Below are positions 1-13,561 of a stretch of DNA of 64,000 nucleotides, one piece after another. The notes below the pieces were generated by a model. That model was not told the DNA's origin. It did not search any database and saw nothing but the letters and a program-made list of their open reading frames with translations. The DNA lies in NCBI GenBank assembly GCA_030324005.1, contig JARDVH010000124.1, positions 55,519,447-55,583,446 of the forward strand. The letters run 5' to 3'. Positions within the stretch are counted from its first letter, which is position 1. Each line of letters opens with the position of its first letter. This DNA comes from Negaprion brevirostris. Its lineage: Eukaryota. A program made the translations under genes and the position numbers.

Positions 1-755
1 CATTCTGAATTGTTTGCTCTGATTCTCTGTTGGATTTCACTCCGACAAATGTGAATTCATGGTGTTCAGTTCATTCCAAGCGCTCAATGTTTTCAATCTG
101 ACAGGTATGGCTTCAAGGAAAAAAACAGTTTGTCAGCGACACAGGCTTCCCAGCACTGCACAAACTGAAAAGGCAACAACCTGCATCAGCCGCCCTGGTA
201 GCAGCCAGTCAAGCAACTAACGGAGCACAAACAGCAGCAACAGTGAGAGCAAAAACAAGGCTGAGAACTGCACCGGATCCCACAGAACCGATACCAGTTA
301 ACCGTCAGCAGCAGCAACATCAATTTTCCCCGATTCCCACTGTTTTACTTGTGATTCTTTATTAAATTGGGAAATTTAGAATCATATCGCGTTGCTCAAT
401 TCATTTGACTCGTTGCTGTTTGCAATGGAAGGCATTATTGATTGGCTTTGATCACTGAGCTGGACATCCAGAATTAAAGTAGTCAAACCTAATTATACAA
501 CGACATTGCTCTGAGAGAGAGTATTGCACTTGGAAAATAATTGCTGAATGGGTGGAGTCGAGTGACAGACATTATTGAAAGAAAATATGTATACAATTGT
601 GTTTTATGGTATTTGCTTGGACAGATCCGGTGTTGGGCAAATGCAGCTGTTATGTTTCAAATGGCTTTCAGTGAAATGCAACGGTCGCAAAGTGGCTGTC
701 CTCCCTCTGAACTAATCATTGTGTAACATTGAGCTCCATTTCGTCATCTGCTTGC

Positions 756-813
756 CTAATTAAAAACAAATCGCAATGTGGTATACCCAGAGGTGATCCC
801 ACTGGCTATAAAT
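756..813 (+). promoter_or_regulatory. Proximal promoter of GPCR gene A: homeodomain-like CTAATTAA (756-763), O/E-like ACCCAGAGGTGAT (785-797), TATAAA (807-812)
   Basis: TATAAA lies 87 nt upstream of the ATG at 894. The same motif order and similar spacing recur upstream of genes B and C. Confidence 0.55.
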
Positions 814-893
814 GAATAGATTCGGGAATGCATCACCACGGGTTTTAATCCAGGCAGATTAACAGGAACGCGAAAGGCACATCGCAGGAAATA

Positions 894-957
894 ATGGAAA
901 CAATTGATTTGATGATGAGAATATTATATATTTTTCTTGCTGTGCTAGGTGTTCCTG
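894..957 (+). CDS. GPR139/GPR142-like class A GPCR gene A, exon 1 (METIDLMMRILYIFLAVLGVP plus G, phase 1)
   Basis: ATG at 894, start of TM1, donor CCTG|GTAAGT at 957/958. The 64 nt join in frame to the acceptor at 4606 (G+TT = Val). Confidence 0.9.
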
Positions 958-1759
958 GTAAGTCATTACAGCCACCAACGATATATGAACCTGTTGTCTG
1001 GTTTAACGCTGTGACTGATCCGCATTCTGTAGATACACAGTCATTACTGATATTTGCTTCATACAGACTATCTCTGCGGTTTTATCTCATTTTCGTAACG
1101 TCTAAAAAACACGTTTTGCAATTCACCAGTTTTCTAAATTCCGAACTTATTTTAGTTCTGCATTATTTTGTCAGGGTAAATCTGACCTCACTGAAAATCC
1201 GTTTTTATATCAAAAATAATGTATATATTGGAGAAAAGTAAAAAAAAAAGTCATTAGCTCGAATGGCATTTCTGAATCCACTGACTATGTATTTGGGGAG
1301 TTGCATTAAATTGTATTTAATGAGATTTTGCAACACATTGGATGACTGGTGATTTGATGAGTGTATATTTGTGGGGAGTGTCCTCTCCAAAACCGAGTGG
1401 AATATCTAGCCACAGTGATCATATATATATCAGGTTATGTGCTCATAAAACATTGAACAGACTGAAACGAATGAAATTAAAAACGAGTTTGTTTTCCGTT
1501 TTGTTTCTTCTTGACGAGGGATCCTTTGATCCATGGAGTTGCCTAAGCTTTTTAGGATTGTGAGACAGAATACATTTTGATATTTCGTGAAGAAATTGTC
1601 TAATTATGATGAAGGGAGTCATCTTGATACTGTCCTGAATTGTAAATAACTCTTCCAACACAAGCACAGAAGAACTAACTCCAGCCGTTTAGAAAATTTT
1701 GGTAGGGTTTAACAGTAAAGTGGACTACTATTTAAAAGGCAAAATAATGCAGCACGTTT

Positions 1760-2456
1760 CTCTGCAGAGGAACCTGGGTGTCCTTGTGCCTGAATCACAA
1801 AACATTTGGTTTTCAGGTGCAGCACGAAATTAATAAGACAATTAGGTTTTGTCCTTCATTGCTGGACGGATGGAAAAAAAACAGCGAGATATAAGGTGTT
1901 GGTCAGACTACATCGAGAGTAACATGTACAGTTTATTTTCTCCTTGCTTGAGGAAGGATACACTGGCATTGGAAAGAACATTCACTGGGTTCTATCCGGA
2001 GTTGAGAGGGTTGGCTTTTGCGGACAGATTCAGTAGACTGGGGAGATAGTCATTGGCATTCAGAAGAACGAGAGGAGGTCTTATGAAAATATGAAAGGTT
2101 ATGAAGGGGAAAGGTAAGATAGAAGCAGTTAAGTTGACTCAACTGGCGGGCAAAACTGGAGGACATGGCCTCAAAATAAGATTTAGGAAATAATTGAGGA
2201 GGAATTTATTCACGCAAAAAGTTGCAAATCTGTGGAACTCCCTGCCCAGTGAAACGTTTGAGGCGACCTCATTCATTGTATGTTTTTTAAAGACAAGTAC
2301 AGGTACAGTTTTGAGCATTAAATGAATTAAGTGTTATGGTGAGCGAGCGGGTTAGTGGAGCTGAGTCCACAAAAAGCTCAGCCATGATCTTTTAGAATGG
2401 CAGAGCAGTCCCGAGGGGCCTGATGCCCTACTCCTGCTCCTGGTTCTTATATTCTT
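1760..2456 (+). mobile_element. CR1-type LINE 3' fragment in the gene A intron
   Basis: Degenerate RT C-terminus (…SPCLRKDTLALE…), then TGTGGAACTCCCTGCCC and a 3' tail ending CCTACTCCTGCTCCTGGTTCTTAT typical of CR1. Confidence 0.75.
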
Positions 2457-4199
2457 GTGTTGATTACATCGAACAACACGCTTGCCCTATGTCAGCACAC
2501 GTTGTGTTCTGATTTTAAATTCATTCCTCTTCAAAAAGACATGCAAAGCTTTATCTCTATTGTTCTCGGCTGTGTTATTTTGTTTTTTGTAGCTTTAACT
2601 GATGTGCAAATATGTAGAGCTATTTGCAATCCCAATTCAGGTTCATACTTGGATAGAGCATTCAGAATACGCTATTTCCATCAAAATGCAGCTTCTGACA
2701 CTTAGCGATACATAAATTAACTTACATTTGATGTGCCAACTGTTCACGTTTGATCATTGTTTTTGCTGTGTACCGATTGTCGTTCCTCTCTATTCTCTCA
2801 ACTCCCAATTTGGAAGCTGTCTTTTTACAGCCTGATTGTATTTTCTGAATGGAAATGTTAGAGATCGTGGTTCTGATGCTTGAGGAACACCAGTTTCCTT
2901 ATTCGCATATCTGATAAATTTCCCTTCTCATCCCTACTTCCTGTTTCTTGTTTCTGAAAAGTATAATAATATAAATTCTGCTATTTGCTAGCGAAATGCT
3001 TTGAACTAAGGTTAGAATGTGAATATTATTTACAGATTATACAGGTTTTTTCGGGAAAAAAAACTCATTGGCATCATTTTTGTAATTCGGATCTACAATT
3101 ACCGATTATGATTTAGAGAATTTGATAAAGCATGCCACTACTTGGAATATTTGCTGACTGCTGTTTATCAGGTTCTCAATGTTTATTATATATCTGTTCA
3201 AATTATTCCACCAAAAAGTGACGATTGTTTGACTGTCGTTTAGCTATTTCGGTTGATCGAGTGTTTTATAAATATGAAGCAGCATTTGCCGTTTTCCATG
3301 ATGATATGGTTTTGTTGTGATGTCCAGTGTGCATAAGAGTTCTCCTCATGGAGTAGGGGTTCCCCTATTGAGCAAACAGAGGTTCATTAATAAGGGTGAA
3401 ACAGCGGGAGTTTAATAACCAGTCTCTGCAGTGACCACGGGGTGCTGGTCGCGGAGATTAGAATTGTGTACTGTAGCTGCAGGAAGCAGAAATCCATTGA
3501 CTGTGGAAACAAAAGGGTGCCGGTGGTGAAAATTGGCTGCGGTGAGATCATTACATTCGAGCGAGAAGGAGTAATGGTGTTTTTCTTCCTTCATCCCTGT
3601 GGACATCAAGACATGGAATTCTCTACAGGTATGAAAAAGAAACGCCTCTCTTGGCGAACTGAAGCCAATGATACAGAATACAAGACCCAATACGGAGACT
3701 GTAGACAATACATTGTTCTGGTTCTTAATATTGAGGGATATGACAAGCAAAATGTCATCATGCTGATGGCATGTGGGTTCTCAACAGCCTTATAAAAACT
3801 TTGACCTACCCAGATGCCTTTGACTATAAGACGTTTAAATAGTTAGTCGACTCGGTTTTACCTATGATCCAAAGCCCTATATTTCCCCTAGTGATACGGT
3901 TTGAACAGAGTAGTGCTAACCATTGTGGAGTCTGTGAATGATTATTTGACTGGTTTGTGAACGTTTTCAGAGCACTGCGAACTCGTTCACAGGTGACCAA
4001 TATGTTTTTAGACACATTGGTGTTTGGGATTCAGCGTGACAACTCAAAACATATTATTGCCAAATCCCAACCTCGATAGAAGAAAAATCTTTCAGATAAC
4101 TGCATCACAGGAGAACACAGAGAAAATAATTCAGGTACTAAAAGGACGTGAGATAGTAGTGTTCACCAATCGGGGGAGGGATCGAGTCAAAATTTATTC

Positions 4200-4545
4200 T
4201 CCAATTGAGAATGATTGCTGCCTATCATTAACCAAATTGCCACACTCTAAATGTTTATACATCCCATCCCTAAGAATCCTTTCCAACAACTTCCTGACCA
4301 CTGATGTCAAACAGACCGGCCTATAATTACCCGGTTTATCCCTACTACCCTTTTTAAACAACGGTACCACGCTATTCTCCAGTCCTCTGGGACCTCACCT
4401 GTGTCCAAAGAAGAGACAAAAATTTGCGTCAGAGGCCCAGCAATTTCATCCCTTGTCTCCCTAAGCAGCCAAGGATAAATGCCATCAGACCCCGGGGATT
4501 TATCAGTTTTAATACTGCCTAAAAAGCCTAACACTTCATCCATGA
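4200..4545 (-). mobile_element. CR1-type LINE ORF2 fragment just upstream of the exon 2 acceptor
   Basis: Minus strand translates IKTDKSPGSDGIYPWLLRETRDEIAGPLTQIFVSSLDTGEVPEDWRIA, matching the CR1 ORF2 KSPGPDG…VPEDWR motif. Confidence 0.85.
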
Positions 4546-4605
4546 CAGACAATAAGGATGTGTATTCCCTAATTTGCTTTATCTTCCCATCTCGTTTTTT
4601 TGCAG

Positions 4606-5519
4606 TTAATTTACTTGGGATTCTGATCCTGTCCCGGAGAAGGTGTGGCCTCTCACTCTGCACTACTTGCTACCTCATCGCCATGGGAGCGGCAGATCTG
4701 CTGGTCATTGTCATTGTCATCATCCTGGCCTACATCAATTATTATTATTTTCCTGTGAGTTTTCTGTACATCACCCCTGTCTGTTCTGCTCACGCTATCC
4801 TAATCGGTGCAGCCAGAGACTGTTCTGTCTGGTTCACCGTCGCATTCTCATTTGATCGATTTGTGGCCATTCGTTGCCAGAAATTGAAAGCAAAATATTG
4901 CACTGGCAAAACTGCAGCTGCAATTTTAGCAACGACCAGCATTTTCCTCTTGTTAAAAAATATTCCCTTTTACTTTACAAAGGAAGCTGTGTTTGTATTC
5001 CGCAATGTGGCCTGGGGCTGCACAACAAAGTTAACCTCTTTTTCTGATCCTGGATGGGTTGGATTTCAATGGGTTGATCAGATTATAAATCCGTTGCTAC
5101 CATTTGGTTTAATTCTGTTGATCAACACTCTGACAGTCAGGCACATTTTAGTGAGCAATCGTGTTCGTAAGGGCCTGAGGACTCAATGTAATGGAGAAAA
5201 CACCAACGACCCAGAGATAGAGAACAGAAGGAAGTCAATCATTTTACTGTTCAGTATCTCGGGCACCTTTATACTCTTGTGGTCAATCAATGTTGTACAA
5301 TTTGTGTATATCAAATTTATGGAATTATTTTCCATCAGCAATTCTGCATATATATTACAAGATGTTGGAAATATGCTACTCAATATAAATTGCTGCACCA
5401 ACACTTTTATTTACGTGGTCACCCAATCCAAGTTCAGAGCACAAATCAAGTTGGCTTTGAAATATCCATTCACATCAATTATACAGAGACTCAAACAATC
5501 AGGTAGCTCAAACTATTGA
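4606..5519 (+). CDS. GPR139/GPR142-like class A GPCR gene A, exon 2 (spliced protein 325 aa, intact)
   Basis: Acceptor TTTTTTTGCAG|TT. Motifs VNLL, YLIAMGAADLL, DCSVWFTVAFSFDRFVAI, KYCT, NPLLPF, ENRRKSIILL, NCCTNTFIY, TQSKFR; seven hydrophobic helices; TGA at 5517-5519. Confidence 0.92.
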
Positions 5520-6064
5520 ATGGCAGCGGCTCCATGAACCAGGGAGCTTAATTCACTCTCTGTCATCCCCTGCAGCCAATCAGGTGGATATTCCGGCACG
5601 TAACATTCACCTTGACAACTTCCTCATTTCCCAGCGTCGGACCTGAAGTTACCTCAAAGAAGAATTTTGGAATGCCTCTCAGAATTTCCCAGGAATTGTT
5701 CAACCGGAGACCACCTCAGAAGTGTATATTTCCCTGTAGAATTTGTCTGCGATGAGAACTATCTGACAAAGCAACTTAAACCATGAACAATGAATGGTTT
5801 TAACATTCTCAGAAAATGTTGAAATAAAATGAAACATTCCTAACTTACGTGAAAGTACTTCAAGCACCCGGAGAGTCCCACACTGTACACTCCCCAAACA
5901 CGCAACCAGCAAGGCAATGACACACCAAGACTTGGACAACTATTGAGGGTTCGTGCCCCGATGTTGGAGTCTCCTCTGAGGTCCAAATACAGAAAATTCC
6001 CGACTATGCCTTATATCCGGAAAAAAAAAACAAACTTCTGCTTACTCCAATAGCTGATCCGTAA

Positions 6065-6600
6065 TATCTGATCCCCCAATATCTGAATTCCCAAACATCT
6101 GGCACTCCCAATATCCAAATCATCAAATGTCGGGCACCCCTGATATACGAATGCCCAAATGTCGGGCACCCCGATATCCGAATCCGCAAATATCGGGCAC
6201 TCCTGGTATGCGAATCCCCAAATGTCGGACACCTCTGATATCCGAATCCCCAAATGTCAGACACCCCTAATATCCGAATCCCCAAATGTTAGACACCCCT
6301 GATATCCGAAACCCTAAATGTCAGGCACCCCTGATATCTGAATCCCCAAATGTAAGGCACCCCTGATATCTCAATCCCCAAACGTCAGACATCCCTGATA
6401 TCCGAATGCCAAAATGTCAGACACCCCTGATATCTGAATCCCCAAATGTCAGACATCCTTGATATCCGAATCCCCAAAGGTCAGACACCCCGGTTTCCGA
6501 ATCCCCAAATGTCTGACACCCCTGATATCCAAATCTCCAAATGTCTACCACCCTCTGCTAGCCGAATTTCCAAATGTCAGACACCCAACGTCTGAATCCT
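6065..6600. repeat. Minisatellite, 32-bp unit (CTGATATCCGAATCCCCAAATGTCAGACACCC), about 16 copies
   Basis: TCCGAA recurs at 6241 and 6273 (period 32). Units degenerate toward both ends. Confidence 0.9.
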
Positions 6601-8689
6601 CAATGGTCCAGCACCCCATTGATGTCCATTAATTCCAACGCTTCTCAGTGTTGTCCAACTCTTCCTCATGCACATTTCTTTCTCCCAGGATTTTCTGACT
6701 CCTCCTCTTATGTCTGACCATTGCAGATATCCAGCGGACAGCCCCAATGTTGAACTCCAACCAAAAGCTGGCTGTTCACAAATTAGTCACTGTGATGTTA
6801 GTCACGAGTGGCAAACTACTGTTGTCCTCCACCTTGGAAGTTACAGGCAAATATTGTCAGACAAGTTGAATCCTGAACGTTGACACTATTAAAACCCTGT
6901 TTTCAGAAGTCTCAAGCAGTAAATAAATGAACCACCATCACTGGGGTGCTGTGACCCATGTTGGTGGTATCACTGGACAGGACGATCCCAGGGTGGAACT
7001 GTGTTTCAATGGATGATGATTTTTGTTTTTGTTTTATCAAGCATGAAGGAAAACCAGTTACACAGCCTCTCTTAATATTTAACAACAAAACGTGTCACTT
7101 GTTTGACGTAAGGGGATTCAGAATGGCTTGGAACTAGAGACCATCAAATCAGAGTAGATAATATTGGAGTAGATGAGATACTGAAGGAGCAATGCAGCAT
7201 TCGAAATATTCTGCTTGCATAGAAGTACATATAACCACTATTAGAAAATTTAGACGTGTGTTTTTGAAAGCATATTCCGTAAGAAAAACACATTGTGTTG
7301 TAAACAGCATGATGTTTGTCAGACAAGATGGGGCATAATAAAGTTAAAACAAAAAACTACATTCCTTTAAAAACAATATACTACTGAGGAAAGGGGAAAA
7401 ACATTCTTATCAGTAGTCTCCACACAACCATTATGAATGAGATGCATATTGAACAAAGGACATTGTATGAGGGAGACTGGAAATATCTGGGGACTATGAG
7501 TCAGACCCTTTAAGTCCATGAGGTAAGTACACAATCAAACGTTGCACAGGAATAGGTGTTATTGGCAAAAGTATCAGATCTTTACTTATAATGACTGGCC
7601 GATTCCAAACTGTTCGAAGCAATCCCTTCTGAAAATTACAAAATAGGAGAACGAAGAGTTGATTTCAGAGTTGATTTGACAATCTCGGAAAATAAAGAAA
7701 TCTTTCACCAGAGTAGAGTCTCCACGAGGCTCTGTGCTGGCTGATCCGTATTTAAGATGGACAACCCCTCACCTCGAAAGCCAACATAATACTGAATCTC
7801 TGAAATGCACTCCGATATTAAATATCAAGAAACATCTTACCACAAAATCCTGCTTGACTCATCGTTTATCTTAACACTTATACACATGTTTAAGTTTAAC
7901 ATGATCAGGAAGACATTTGGAGCTACAACCATTTCATCAGCATCCAAAGTCATTAAATGCCATTTTCCCCTCAGAATCCCCCTCCAGCCTAACAGGGATG
8001 TCTTTTGAGTGACAAAAAACTCCACTCCAGGAAATCAGCTTTAGCATCTTCTCGCATAACAAAATATTCACTCAGTGATCCACATTCCAAAATGTGGCAC
8101 ACGATTTCCAACAGACACAGATGACTAGACCATCCAACCACCATTGAGAGCGATACTGTATTTCCNNNNNNNNNNNNNNNNNNNNNNNNNNNNNNNNNNN
8201 NNNNNNNNNNNNNNNNNNNNNNNNNNNNNNNNNNNNNNNNNNNNNNNNNNNNNNNNNNNNNNNNNAACACTTTGTTGTGGTCAAACTCTTAACAGGATTA
8301 TTTGGTGAACACAATTTTTAATGTCAAGAACAATTCTACATTTTTGTTTACAGAGACTGTAATAAAATATGTACTGGACTAGCTTTCAGAGAGTTATTTT
8401 CTAGTAGTTCTCATCCATCGGTCCGTTGTTAATTTTCCTAGTTCCCAAAGTGTATGTCTGTTTTCCAATGAATCAGGCCACTTAAATTCAGACGTAACAA
8501 AATTTATTTTATTTTCACAACGTGCGGGATAATCCAAGATTCCCTATTCGTGTTTTCTTTAGCACTCTCGTCCCCGCTACCTGAAAATTACTCCATTATC
8601 AGTTTTCAGTTGAGATCAGACCTGACAGATGCATCCAAACTCCCTTGCAGTCTCCGGCCCAAACTCATCTGTACTGACTGAAGAGAAGA

Positions 8690-9300
8690 GGGGATGGAAG
8701 AGGGAGGGAGTTACGGAAAGAACAGAAAACATCAAGATATAAACAAATGGAATAGCAGTCGCAGTGACAGATGGTGTGTGCCGGGGAGAGAGTGGCAGTG
8801 GAAAAAAAAGAGTCAGGGTTTGTGATGGGAGCAACTGTGAGAGATGTGGGAATGAGTGTAAGAGAGTGGTGGTGGCACAGTTGGTGATGATTAAGGCAGA
8901 ACGGATGGGAAGGGAAGAAGGTAGATGGATGAAGGAGGGAGGGGACGCCGATGGGAAGGCAGCGTGATGAAAATATGCAATGTGCACACTTTCTGAGAGA
9001 TGCACCTGAGCAATTCTGAGCCCGTAGAAAATGAATCTGTTATTGACAGGGGGAGAGAGAAGTGGGGGGTGGGGGATGGTGGTGGTGTATGAGTGAGATC
9101 GTGAGTAAAAGAGAGCGTGGACAGATGAGAAGGAGAGAGGGTAGATAATAGAGTGGAAGAGGCAGGTGGAAAAGGCAGTAACAGATATAGAACCAAATGA
9201 GAGAATATCAGGTGGAGAGATTTATCGAGGCAGAGAAATGTTTCCAGTAAGCAGGAGTGCAGATAGAGAGAGGGAGAGCGAGAGGGAGGGAGGTTAATTG
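8690..9300. repeat. GA-rich polypurine low-complexity tract
   Basis: Strong G/A bias on the + strand, with no clear coding signal. Confidence 0.6.
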
Positions 9301-9639
9301 AACACAATTCATGTCATCAAAAATTCCAAGCATCTCCACAGATTTTTAGTAAACGGGATCTTCACACCAAACCATGGTGATAGTATAATGAGAAGGATTG
9401 CAAAGTGCCAGGCAGTGAGAGAGGCTTGAGTGACTTACTAATGGACTTCAGAGTTCTTCAGCCAAGTAACTGAATGTTTCAAAGGTAGAGTGATTGAACA
9501 TTGAAAAAAAAAAGAAACTGGATTGAAATAGAGGTGCACTGATACCCTGGAAATTTGAAGGGACTGGTGGTGGATACGCAAATGTTTCCATTGCTGATGG
9601 AGTATGTCCATCCACAGATGTTTGAATGAGCTTCAGGAG

Positions 9640-10280
9640 GTAAGGAGTTTTGCGGATCTGAAGCAATTTTTAGAGACATTGACAGCTGTCTGATATGTAA
9701 AGTATTATAAATCTGGAAATAATATTAGCCAAGAATTGATAGTGTTAGGTGAGATTATAGTCTAAGTGGGAGATTGCAGAGTTGAATGGATTTTAGGACA
9801 TGGAGCAAATGGCTATGTTGAAGTGGGGTGGGGTGGTGGGTGGGGGGATGGTGGTGGGCGGGTGGGTTGAGTGGAAGTGTGCAGGTTGGAAGACGTTGCA
9901 GATGCCTGTAATTTTGTGGGCCTGGAGATGTTTCCTGAAAAAGTGATGATTGAGGACATGGAGGATTGTGAAGTCAAGTCTGTGTTTTCAAGTTCTGTTG
10001 TTGCTCTCTGGGAAATAATGCAGCTCACAGAGTGAAGGGACTGTTTGCTTAATGAGAATGTGCGTGAGTTTATTCACAAAATTGAATGATAATGGCAATG
10101 AGCCTGGAACATGAATAGTCGAAGATTGGGCAGGATTGCTTTGGTATTGTGGATACTGGAGGAGACAAAATGGGTTAGAGAAATCTTTGAAACAGCTACA
10201 ATACTGTTTCCATCCTCGGTGGTCGGCCTCTGCTGTCCGCCTGCCCCCTGGACTAGGTTTAACCAGTCCTGGTCAAATGG
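9640..10280 (-). other. Diverged, frameshifted copy of the unidentified block at 30403-31030 and 38890-39487
   Basis: Shares GAGTGAAGGGACTGTT, CTGAAGCAATTT and GTGAGATTATAGTC with the other copies. Peptide SQSSMSSIITF…PTKLQ resembles LQPSISSILTF…PTKLQ. Confidence 0.55.
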
Positions 10281-11109
10281 CCATTATCATTGCCATTCAC
10301 ATATTATTCAGCAAAAACAAGCTCATATACAAATTTATTCAACTCAATTGGTTCCTGTAGCTCCCCAGGAACAATAACAATAACAGCATTTTCCTGACTC
10401 TGTTAATTGGCCGATACTGTTTTTCTCTATGAAGTGAACCTGACCTTTTCTTCAAACAAGCAATGGTCCCGAATTAAATGTAAGCTGATATTTTTCCCAT
10501 CCAATAACTTTATGCCCTGCAGGACCTCTCGGAGAGACTGATATTGCAAAGGGTGATTTGAAGTGTTGGGATTTAATTGAAATCTCCAGGTCTCACAGAC
10601 TGGGCATATCCAGGCATATTTTGAAAATCAGAAACAGTGTTAAACAGCGGTAGATATTTCCATGTCAACATCATGACTCCCTTCACTTCTCATATCGTTT
10701 GAGATGACAACTCACTTTGACTGAGCATTCGTTTATTAAATCTCGACTGTCATAGTGTCCTTTGGGATACTCAATATTCTGAAATGTGAGGATTCTGTTC
10801 TCCTGGATAAATTCGATTCAATAATTAATTTAATCAAACTAAATCTAATTTTTTTGGAATTCAGCATTTTGTCATTTGCTCTGTCTTGACAATGCCTGCT
10901 TTCTGGCAGGTCAACACAGCTAAACTCACTCTCCACCCCCCCACCCCTTTCTGCTGGAGCTGACACTTTCAGTTGTTTGTTCCGTTTGTTTCTTATGAAA
11001 TCTATCTTCACTCTCAGTCTCTTCATTTCCGATCCAAAACAAATGCCCTTTTAATCTATCTTTCTGTTTAATCCGCCGTTTGGATCAATTGGAAATCTTT
11101 TGAAACACG

Positions 11110-12990
11110 TGTCATAGAGTCATATATTCATTTAAGGTTTTAGCATGGAAATCGGCCCCTCTGTCCAACATGTCCGTGCTGTTTAGGTATTGCCATTACA
11201 CGAATCTCAATTGCCCGCGTTTGGTCCATGTTACTGTATATCAATCTTACTAATATCATGGACTAAATGTTTTTAAGAAAATATTGTACCCACCTCTACT
11301 ACTATCTCTGGTAAGTCGTTGTAGATACTCAACACCCTCTGTGAGAAAAAAAAAACTGCCTCTCTGCATCCATTGTTACCTATTCCCTCTCACTTTAAAC
11401 TATGCCCTGTATATTTTTTACCCCCCAGCATTGGAAAAAAAAGATGTTGCCTATTTATGTTGATTGATACTCATCATGATTTTATTGATACCGATGAGGT
11501 CGCATTGAAGTCTCCAATACTGCAGGGGAAAAAAAAAACAGCCCCAGTCTACCCAAACTCTCTTTGTAAATCAAACATTAAGTATCGGTCCCATTCCAAT
11601 AAATGGTTACTGCCCTCCTCCAATTTTAGAAATACATCTACTGTAATAGATTGACCAGAACTGTACACAGTTTTCCGAATGTGGCCTTACTATTGTATTG
11701 CACAATTTAAACAAGGCATCCCAAATTCTGCATTCAAATTTCTGGCCAATGAAAATAAGAATGCCGAATGTTGTATTTACCAACCTGTCCACCGCTAGCT
11801 CCACTTTCTAGGTGCTAGATCTCCTCGGCCTCTTTGGTCTATAATTGTCTCAACATCCCACCATGAATTGAGTAATCCTGCTTTGTTTCAAACAAATAAG
11901 ATGAACCACTTTGCATTGATTTAAATTCAACTCCATCTGTCAATCCCCAGACAACTGGCCCAAGTGATCAAGATCCTATTGCAATCCTAGATAAACATTC
12001 CTCGCGGTACATGAAGACATCAACCTTGCTGACATCTGCAAAATTACAACATCATCTCTTAAATCCCTATCCAAATTATTAATACAAATGACAAGCTACA
12101 GTGGGAACAACACTGATCAGTGAGGCACACCATGGTCACAACCTCCAGTTTGAAAAACAACCCTCTAGGACCACCCTCTGCATCCTGTCATCAAACTAAT
12201 CTGTTCAATTGGCTACCTCACACTGGATCCATAAGATTTAACCTTATTCAACAACCTATTGTACAAAACATCGTCAAATGCCTTCTTGAAGCCCACCTAG
12301 GCAACCTCGACTGCACTACAGGTATCCGTATCCCATTTGTAAGAATGCTACGGACGTGAGACTGAAAAGTCAGTGCTTCCCAAGCTTTTCATTGCAGCTC
12401 TTGTTAAAAAAAAGCACAACATTTGTCATTCTCCAGTATTGAGGCAACTCACCTGCTGCTGCCAATGCTTCAGATATCTCCGCTGTGGAATCCACAATTT
12501 CCTCCCTAGTCTCCCACAACTTCTTGCGACACACTTCATCTCGAGCCAGGGATTTATCTACCTTGATGTGCTTTAAGACTTCCAGCACCACCTTCTATAT
12601 GATATGCGCAATCCTCAATACATTACTATTTCATTCCCAAGTTCTCTAACATACACGCCTCACTCATGAATAAGTGTCTCTTTTTTGCCCTGTTGATGTC
12701 TTTCTTATCTCTTCTCTGACAACATCTGCACTATTAAAGTTGCTCACTTGATCCCAGCTACCTGTGCATGTCATATGCCTCCTTCTTCTTCTTTGTCAGC
12801 ACTTCAACATCTCGAGACATCCATGGTTGCCTAGTGCTCCCAGCCATGCCCTCTGCTTTAAAATGCATGTGCTTACCCTGAAGCCTGGATAACAAATTTC
12901 TGAAAGCCTCCCGGTTGCCCAACATGCCAGCCGAGAGAATTCCCCAATCAACTTTTGAAAGTTTCTATCTAACACCATCAAATTGGCCTG
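11110..12990 (-). mobile_element. Degraded CR1-type LINE (3' tail near 11110, RT remnants to about 12600)
   Basis: Minus-strand remnants IVRPHSENCVQFWS and HIKVDKSLARDEV…GELPQYWRMTNVVLFFNK; tail-like GGAAATCGGCCCCT at the low end. Confidence 0.75.
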
Positions 12991-13379
12991 TCTCCATTTT
13001 AGGATTTTAATATTTGGGTAGGACTATTATTGTCTGGAATGGGTATGGGGGAAGGGGATGAAACAATGAGGAAAGTGGGATTTTGGAAGTGGAAAAAAAA
13101 TAATATAACACAACTAAGTTGATGAATAACATAGAAAGATAGAGTGAAGTCATATAAATGGAAATGGACTGAAGGTGAAGGTAACAATTCATCCTCTTAA
13201 TATTCCACCCTAACTGAATATTCCGTCCAAAGGTTGTAAATAACCTAATTGGAAGATGCTGCACCCGCAGTTTCTGTTAAGCTTCAGTGCAACATTGCAA
13301 AAGGCCAAGGACGGATATGTGGACAGGAGAGTCCGGTGATTCTCATTCAGTGGATCACCCTCTGCCGTGTCTGCCTTAA

Positions 13380-13561
13380 CCAGCGTGATACCACCACTCA
13401 ACAGATAACTCCTTTCAGGGCCTATTCTCTCCAGAACACCCTGGTCCACTCAGCAATCATGACATTGCAACACCTACCTGTTTACCTCCTCCTTGCTCAC
13501 CATCCCAAGTCCTAAAAAACACTCATTTCAGGTAAAGCGGCGCTGCACTAGCACCTCCTTC
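13380..13561 (+). mobile_element. Penelope-like element fragment (region just before the GIY-YIG domain)
   Basis: Peptide TIPSPKKHSFQVKRRCTSTS resembles the fish Penelope-like 'IQGPKQSFQVRQRFTCTS' segment as I recall it; cut by the gap. Confidence 0.5.

Noticed and set aside
894-1241. 115-aa ORF
   Set aside because: Only the first 64 nt are exon; the rest reads through the GTAAGT donor into the intron.
4479-4605. N-terminal extension of the 346-aa ORF
   Set aside because: It is antisense CR1 sequence plus the polypyrimidine tract; the real exon starts at 4606.
6004-6285. Repetitive ORFs and a CRISPR-like periodic look
   Set aside because: Head-to-tail 32-bp units with no unique spacers, in eukaryotic DNA; this is a minisatellite.
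7040-8165. Possible L1/Tx1 fragment (WKYLG at about 7478)
   Set aside because: A single short motif with no sustained frame.
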